A program made the position numbers and the translations under genes. A stretch of DNA of 48,427 bases, counting the filler, from Jimgerdemannia flammicorona (Eukaryota): NCBI GenBank assembly GCA_003990765.1. It is 2 parts of 2 records of this genome, joined end to end, with 100 filler letters (N's around TTAATTAATTAA, not from the genome) between each part and the next. Parts side by side here need not be neighbours in the genome. Positions count along the whole stretch, not along the records: positions 24,265 to 48,427 come from RBNJ01001015.1; 1 more part is not named here. One strand, written 5' to 3'. The notes under the pieces are model-generated. The model saw only the letters and a program-made list of their open reading frames with translations, had not been told where the DNA came from and did no database searches. Shown here in pieces: positions 41,020-48,427 of the stretch. Every line of letters begins with the position of its first letter. Position 1 is the stretch's first letter.

Positions 41020-42343
41020 TCTCGTCACATAACAAATCCCTATATTTCACATTTATCCATGTATTCACATACGCCACATATTATAATTCATTATTAATTT
41101 CTAACCTTGCGGCTCTGTAGATCTGCTAGCTTTCTGTAATATTTTTACCGAACGTCGTCTTGTCAAATTTGTAATAATGCAAGGAATAAAAGCTCATGAT
41201 TCTAGAATGCATGGTGAAAATTTATGCGACCCGTCATCCGTCTCTCCTTTTGTTAGAAAAAATATATATATAAGGCCAGCTCTTATTAATGATAAGGGGT
41301 AGTTTACTAACTATTTTCGATTAGAGTAGAAAGATATATTTATCAACATAAATAAGGAGTTATCGATTTTATTATATAATTAAGATTACGAGTCTACATA
41401 ACAAGTGGCATATCGTCTCCGGATGGGTGAGATTGCATCGACACTCCGCTGCATTGAGACTCGCCTGTATAAAGTGTATCATCTTTATCATCTATGTAAT
41501 CGGTTCACGCATCCTTTTGAAAGCGTCGAATAATAAAAATTTAAATAGTTCATGGAACCAGATAAGGGAGAAAGATACGGTGGGGGAAAAGGGGTATTTG
41601 TTGTAATCAATGGTTTTCACAAAGAGTAGCATTTTTATTAATATTGCAAACATCGCACTTTTGCGACTGATTATATTTGATGACGTCGATATTGCTGGCG
41701 TCTATGCAAGCCACAAGCATCTGTTGTAAATCCCAATATCACTCACCATTATGCTAGGTATCGTCAAATAAAAATAAAAAATAATACCACATGTTAGATA
41801 AACAGAATGAATACAAGCAGCAATCCCTAACGTCTTCAACAAGCGAAAAAATACTGCCACAACCACCATGCCCAAGAAAGTACATTGCTTGTGGGAATCT
41901 TACAATGGAACCATCTGGTTATCCGTTAGGTCAAAATCCATGCTCACACACGAATTAAATGAATTTGCTAAATGAGATTAAACGCCGTTCTACTTATCCA
42001 AGCCGTAGGTAGTTCATGTAAGAGTAATAATGTTCTGACGGGTCAGGCTCGCCTGCCACTATCTAATACGGTGTTGGGCCTACCACTTGTGGACCAAAGC
42101 AGTTGAGAAATCGCTTTGTTGAGGAGAGTGAAAATAATGAATAAAGGTTTAAATAACCAATATCGGAACGACTCGAACACTACAACTTTTTGCAGAACTC
42201 GAAAATTATTCTTGCTTTGAACACTACTCAGCCGAGTATTCATTACTGAAAATCGAAATGAATTCCATGCATTCATACAAGAAGCGCTATCAGAGCTATC
42301 CAGAGGGCCTCAACGCCCTTTGTGTGTAGTTACACATATGTAT

Positions 42344-42681
42344 TGTGACAAGCCAGCAGAGAAACGTATCAAGTTACCATCCAAATTTGTCACTATAATT
42401 TAGCCATATACTACAACAGGTGCATTAGACAACCAGGACTGCCCCACTGTGCCAAATTGTATAAATAACCCAGATAGTCAAATAAGGACAGAAAGTATTC
42501 CTAGCTGTTACATCATACCAGAATTTGAGATTCATTTTCCCAATAGAAAAAGCTAAACATTACCAGAAATAGCAAGCAATAATTAGCTATATAGTGTTAT
42601 AAGCCAGCAAAATGTATCCCAATTAGTCATTATAATTTAGCCATATACTATATCAAGAGTACTAGGCAACCAGGACTGCAT
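42344..42681 (+). repeat. Two ~90-bp direct repeats, each starting TGT (42344, 42595); possible LTR 5' ends
   Basis: TGT(GAC/TAT)AAGCCAGCA...TATAATTTAGCCATATACTA...CAACCAGGACTGC occurs twice; CpG depletion starts here. Confidence 0.55.
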
Positions 42682-42764
42682 GACCCTTTCACCAGTAACA
42701 TTCAGGTGACACAAGACTCAGACAACACTTTTTACTATGTTTTTGGTGTCCAGCAACTATCAAC

Positions 42765-44673
42765 ATGGATGGCAATGATCGAACTGGTAAGCATACTGGC
42801 CAGGGGGGTGATGGTGCCTTTGGCTGGCAGCAGGTGGGGAGGAGAGGAGATGGTTTGGGATTGCTGGGGGCCTCGATGGCTAGCCAAGGCCCTGGGGGTG
42901 GAGGGAGGGGCAGGCTAAGGAGGGGAGAGGTCAACCTTTGCTGACAAGGTCAGAATGGGAAAGATGGCCTCAGGCCTTGATGGTTGGCTGGGCCTGGGGA
43001 CAGCATCGACAGCTGCTGCTGGGGGACAGGGAGGTGTACCCAGGGGAGTATCAGGTGGCAGGGCAGGGGTGGGAGTAGGGGCTGGAGATGTGACTGTTGA
43101 TGGGGCTGTGACTGGGGATCTGGCAAAAAATCCAGATGTGATGGCAGTTGGCAATTCAGGACTGGGAGTGGGCACGAGGCCTGGGGACCTGGCAGATGGG
43201 GTGACAGGCATGGTGTCGGCCCCATTACTCAAGAAGTCAAGGTTGGAATTCGTGGTCACAATGTGCTTCTGGGGCTTGGTGGTGATGGCAAGGATGATTT
43301 TGAGGCTGGTGACGCAGGAGGCTAAGGGAGCAGCATTGGTGAAGTTTTTGAGGGGAAAGGAAGGGGTTGAGGTGGGGTTTGAGGAGGAAGATGCCTTGTT
43401 GGCAGCCATGGAGAAGGGGGTGATGATTGGTGGGATTGTGGTCCCTATGGCCCAGTGCATGTGCTGGGACCCCCGAGTGGTGCAGTTGACAGTGTTGGAC
43501 CTCCCTACTGTGTCAAAGGAAAGGACCAGAGAGTTGGTTGTGGAGGCGATCAAGGAGTATGGTGAGATTATAGATGTTGGGTTCAAGGTCTGGGAGGGCA
43601 TGGAGCTCAGAACTGGTGATGTTGATGTCAGGGTGAGGCTGGCTGGGAAGGAGAATATGGGGAAGTCAAGAGACTGGCCAGCAATGCTGATGTGGGGACC
43701 AGTGGAGTGTAAGGTCACAAGGGTGAAGGGGACTCAGGAGGAGGAGGAGGACCTGTTGGAGGCTCTGGAGGACCTGGAAGGGGCAGTTGTGAGAAGGAGA
43801 TTGGCCTGGAAGGAGTTTGAGGCCAGGATAGTGGTAGGGGAGGTGGATGGGAAGAGGGTCTGGATGGAGAAGGGGGCCTGGGAGAAGATGCAGGAGAGGA
43901 GGATCCAGAAGGAGCTGGTGGCAAAGTTGAGTGGGGGTAGGGCTGGTGGAGGCTCAGGGGAGGGAGTTGCAGGGTTGCAGGAGAGTGCCTGGGCTGAGGG
44001 GAGAGAGATGGCCCAGGGTGGGGCTCAGATTGGAGTGGGGGAGGGGAGGGAGGGCAATTTGGAGGCAGATGCCGAAATGGGTGAGGGTGTGCACCCTCAG
44101 TATAGTGTTCCAGATGGGGCAGAGGGGGTGGAGGAGCTGATGGATGTGCCGGATGAGGAGTGGGATGAGTCAGTGAGAAGGAGCACACTGGTGGACCCCG
44201 AGGTGGATGGGGGACAAATCACTCAGGGGGTGGCAGAGGCAGTGGATGAGGAGAAGTGGATGTGGAAGACCCTGGAAGGGGTAGCGGCTGAAGAGCTGGG
44301 GGGTGAGGACTTCAGGGTGATGGAGGAGAAGCATTGGGAGGAGATCCTACAGGGGGAGGAGGTGCCAAGGAAGATAAGGAATGAGATCCTGGCTGTCCTC
44401 CTGGAGTCAGTTGAATATCAAGTTGATGATCAGCGAGAGGAGGAACTTAGGAGAATTGTGAGTAACAGGGCACTTTTCTTGTGGAATTCGAGGAAGGGAC
44501 TGGAGAAGTGGCACACAGTCTGCTTGGACTACCGGGTGGATATAGAGGAAGTGGACAGGGTGGAATGTCAGGAAATCTTGGGGGCACTGGATGCTCAGGA
44601 TAATGCAGAGGGTGACTTGGAAGCTGAGCAGTGCTTGGATCTGGCGGGGGATGAGATGAGTATGGAATTGTAG
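42765..44673 (+). pseudogene. LINE ORF1, best-preserved copy (572 aa open from 42955; N-terminus has a stop at 42916-42918)
   Basis: MDGNDRTGKHTGQGGDGAFGWQQVG aligns with copy 1 MSSSKSSDKYTGSGRAGAFGWQKVG; RRM-like VQLTVLDLP...YGEIIDVGF...RTGDVDVRVRL. Confidence 0.88.
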
Positions 44674-44704
44674 GTTGGGATCTCTATTGCAACATTTATT
44701 CAAT

Positions 44705-47700
44705 ATGAAAAGTACAACTAGGATATTCTCATTGAATGTTAATGGGTTATGGGGAGTGGCTAGGAGGAAGTATATATTTGGTGGGCTTAAGGGACTGGAT
44801 GCGGACCTCTTCTTATTGCAGGATGTTCATTATGAGGCAGATGTGGACTTACAGAATTGGACTAAGGAATGGGGGGGTGTAGCAGTTTGGAGGGGGAAAG
44901 TGTGTATTCTCATTCGGAAAGGGATGGGGGACATTGGGGATATTGGACATTGGGGGTCTCGGGTGGTGTGGGGAGTGTGGAAGAGGCCTGAATGGGGCTC
45001 ACTGATGGTTGGGACCTGTTACTGCCCAGCTGAGAGAGGGGAGAGGGTGGAGTGGATTCACAGATTGAAAGAGACTGGTGTATTGGGAGAAATTGGGTTA
45101 GACTGTATGGGGGGTGACTTCAACATGGTATGGGATAAGGAGTTGGACAGAACTGATGGAGGGAGAGGTGTGTGGGGTGAAAGTGGTGGGTTGGGTGACT
45201 GGTTGGAGACGGAGAGATTGTGTTCTCTAGTGGACTCAGGAAGACATTTTTGGGCTGATTGGCGGGTGTACATCCACTGGGCGGCAGGACTGGGCTCCAG
45301 GATTGACTGGGTTCTAACGGCAGAGTGTTGGGGAGCAGATGTCTGGTCGGTGCTGGAAGTTGTATAGTGTCCATGGTCTGATCACTGGGGGCTGCTTGGA
45401 GGGGGGAGGTTTGGAGGAAATAAGGATGGGCCTGGACATTGCAACTAAATTCTTCCTTGTTGGAGGATAGAGTGTTGTGGGAGAGATGGGAAATGGAGGT
45501 GGTTGGAAATATCAGCAGGTGGTGGGAACAAGGCCTGGAGATTGGAGACTGCTGGAGAAGGCTGAAGGTGAAGGCTCAGGGGTATTGGAGGGAAGCAGAG
45601 AAAGGAAAGTATGCCCAGCAAAGGCAGCGGGTGCTGTGTGCCTTGCGGCATCTGGCAGCACTTATGGAGAGATGGGCAGGTGTGCTGGAGGATGGGGCCA
45701 TGACTGATTGGTGTATTGCGAGAATCTGGCAGGAGGTGGAGGAGCTCAAAGGGGTGCTATGAAGGGAGGAGGAGGAGCAGTTGCAGGGAATGGTGGCCCG
45801 CCTGTGGTGGCAGGGGCTTGAGGAGGGGGAGAGGCCTACCAGGTTCTTGTCACAGTTGTTACAAGCACGATAAATGAGGCAGTGGTGGGAGGGAGTTTTG
45901 GATGAGAATGGTGAGCTGGTGGTAGAGACTCTGGTGATTCTGGGCCTATTGCAAACCCAGTGGGGGAATCTTTAGAGTGAGGAGGAAGGGGGATTGGATG
46001 CTCTGGATGATGAAAGGCAGCTGGGGAATTGGTACCCAGACCCTGCGATAGGACTTGGGGCATTGGGGGACCTGGTGAGTGGCAAGGAAATTTGCAGGGT
46101 TGTGGCCTCATCGAGTAAGGGAACAGCTCCAGGAGAGGATGGGCTTCCCTGGGATTTTTGGCAGAAGATGTCTGGGGTGGGTGAGGTGCTAGAGGAAATG
46201 ACTGCTATGTGTGATGGAGTTCTTCAGTCTGGTGCCTGGATTGGGGGACAGTGCTTAGGGCTAGTCTCCTTGCTCTATAAGAACAAGGGTAGGTGAGAGG
46301 ACTGGAAGAACTGGCAGCCAATTATGCTTCTCAACATAGACTGCAAACTGGTGACGAAAATCTTGGTGATGAGGTTGCAAGGAATCGCTCAGCAGGTGCT
46401 TGGTGTGGAGCAACATGGGTTGTTGGTGGTTGGTTGATTCGAGATGGGACAGCCTGGGTTCATGGAGTGATTGAAGGTGCCCGGATGACAGGGGTGGATA
46501 ACAGATTGGTGTTTCTGGACCAAGAGAAGGCTTATGATAGAGTGTGGAGAATATGACTGGAGGGAGTGCTGAAGCAGATTGGTATCCCCCCAGGGTTCTG
46601 AGGATCATTAATCAGCCTCTTGGAGGATAGTCAGGTGGTATTGGTCATCAATGGCCACAGGGGGGTGACCTTTCTCCTGGGACATGGGGTGCCACAAGGG
46701 GACCCCTTATCGCCCATATTGTATGCCCTTTCCCTGGAGCCACTACTGGACAGGATTTGGCATAAGATTGGGAGTTTGGACATTTTAGGGGTAAACTGGA
46801 AGGTGGGGGCCTTTGCTGATAATATAGTGGTCAGGCTAGACTCCTTGGGGGATGTGAGAGAGTTACAGAGGACTGTGGAATGATATGAGCGGGATTCTGG
46901 TGCTAAACTAAACTGGCACAAATGTGAGATACTGGTGCTGGGCACTGGAATTGTTGGTGGTGATGATATTGGGATGGTGGTACCGGCTGGTGAACCAGTG
47001 CACTACTTGGGGATCTACTTCTCGGTGTTTGGATCTCTTCTTCCCTGGGTATGGTGGGACCATAAACTTCTGGAGTGGGGTAATGTTTTGCTGTGATGGA
47101 GAGGCTGGCATATGTCCCTTGCCAGAAGGGTGATGGTGTTGAATGTGTACTGGATGCCAAAGCTGTGGTATGTTGGATATCATTTGGATTTCCCAACCTG
47201 GGTGGTCAAGGGGTTTTTGAAGATGGCGAGGTCATGGATCTGGGGAGGGTGGCAAAGCCAGGTTGGGTGGGAGGTACTCACACTGCCCTTGGAAAGAGGT
47301 GGGCTGGGCCTAGTGGACTTTACTAAGTGGCTTCTATGTCTGCAAGTCTGGTGGCTGCGAAGGGCGAGCAAGCTCAGAGGTCCAGAGTGGGTGCCACTCA
47401 TGCAGAGGTTGTGGGAGGTTCAGTACTCCCCACGTGGTGGCTCCGGTGACCTGCTTGTGATGGTGGTCATGGAAGGGAGCAGGAGGATGTGGTTTACGGA
47501 CTTTTGGTGGGAGGTGGTAGATGGTGCTAAGAAAATTGGACTTCGGTGGTAAGATGATGAAGCCAAGGAGGTTTGGAGACTGCAGATGTGGCAGTGGGAC
47601 AGGCTTCTATTGGGTGGTGTTCTGGTGGAGAACTTTCAGCTTAGCGAGGGTCTGGAGTGTCTGCGAGGCCTAGGTGGAGACCTGTGGCCAGAAGCCTGGC

Positions 47701-48408
47701 AGAGGGTTGGAATCGGAGAGGAGTGGGATTTGAATGGACTCTGGCTTTGGAGCAAATAGGTGCAGCAGTGGCTGCCCCCCAAGTTCTGGGTGGTGTGGTG
47801 GCAGGTCCTATGGCGGAATGTGATGTTGAACTATCGATCTGGACACTTGATGGATGGTGGGGTATTTGAGTGCGAGGATTGTTTCAATGTTGGTCAGGAG
47901 GGAGGAGTGGTACAAATGTCTGAACATTGGCCATAATGTAGGGCAGGAGGGGGGTTATGTACAGATGCCAGAACATTGGCTAGGAGAGTGTGAGGTGTTG
48001 GGGGATTTTTGGCAGACAATTGGGAATCACTTGGGAGTACGGGGTAGGGGTGATGAAGTACGGGGGTGGTGGGAGGACTTGAGGGATAGATTGGTAGGGG
48101 GGATAGGGAAGGAGTGGCTTACTTTGGGTTGGGCTTTGGCTATTTGGGTGGGGCTGACCAGTTATTGGCTATTTGTTTTTGAGGATGGGAGGAGACAGAG
48201 CTTGGGGGACCAGTTGCTGAGGTGGCATAGGTTTATGGAAGACACCTTAACAGGCTGGTGGCTGGGTTGGGGGATGCGGGGTGGTTAGAGGTGCCACTTG
48301 GTGGAGAAAATCTGTGGGCAAAGTAAGGGAAAAGTTGGGGTAGTTGGTGAAAGGGTGATTTTCATTCGTGAGGAAATAGGGAGGGGCCCCCCTGTGGGGA
48401 TTGGATAG
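44705..48408 (+). pseudogene. LINE ORF2 (endonuclease - RT), disrupted
   Basis: ATG at 44705 (MKSTTRIFSLNVNGL); fragments 44675-45367, 45439-45762, 45994-46296, 46620-46883, 47112-47552, 47854-48288; terminal TAG at 48406-48408. Confidence 0.92.
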
Positions 48409-48427
48409 TGGGTAGGAATTATGTATA

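Larger units (their letters stand above)
42682..48427 (+). mobile_element. LINE copy 5, 5'-complete, divergent subfamily; runs off the window just before the tail
   Basis: 5' end ACCCTTTCACC resembles copies 1 and 3; ORF1 and ORF2 as in the other copies; EN (SLNVNG, LQD, GGDFN, SDH) and RT (FLDQEKAYD, GVPQGDPLSP, AFADN) motifs. Confidence 0.95.

Noticed and set aside
44705..48408. Prokaryotic RT system (retron, DGR, group II intron), or stop-codon recoding or editing that rescues the ORFs
   Set aside because: APE endonuclease, ORF1, poly(A) and TSDs define a LINE. Stops fall at different positions in each copy and come with frameshifts, which indicates decay.

Overview
Eukaryotic, almost certainly fungal DNA: short GT-AG introns with CTAAC branch points, and fungal-type MUG113, Fmp52 and homeodomain genes. 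An early-diverging lineage such as Mucoromycota is plausible but is only my inference. The window alternates between CpG-depleted nests of decayed transposons (~1-19.8 kb, 24.3-26.3 kb, 42.3-48.4 kb) and CpG-rich genic islands. The nests are dominated by one L1/Tx1-type non-LTR retrotransposon family: five large copies plus a 3' stub. Its sense strand is G-rich, ORF1 is RRM-like with no visible zinc knuckle, and ORF2 is APE endonuclease + RT + C-terminal Cys/His motif. Mixed in are a Ty3/gypsy-like LTR remnant (tRNA-Pro-like PBS, gag fragment), two copies of a palindromic hAT-type MITE (8-bp TSDs, both inside LINEs), and a 1.2-kb TSD-flanked poly(A) element that shares the LINE 5' terminal motif and looks like a non-autonomous partner. 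Host genes: a 3-exon T5orf172/MUG113 GIY-YIG-type protein, the last exon of an Fmp52/HTATIP2-like NAD(P)-binding protein, an intact homeodomain gene with its tandem pseudogene copy, and a 4-exon orphan protein built from nested repeats. A 100-nt spacer (N44-TTAATTAATTAA-N44) at 24165-24264 is an artificial join, so adjacency across it is not established. All coordinates were read by eye and no searches were run.
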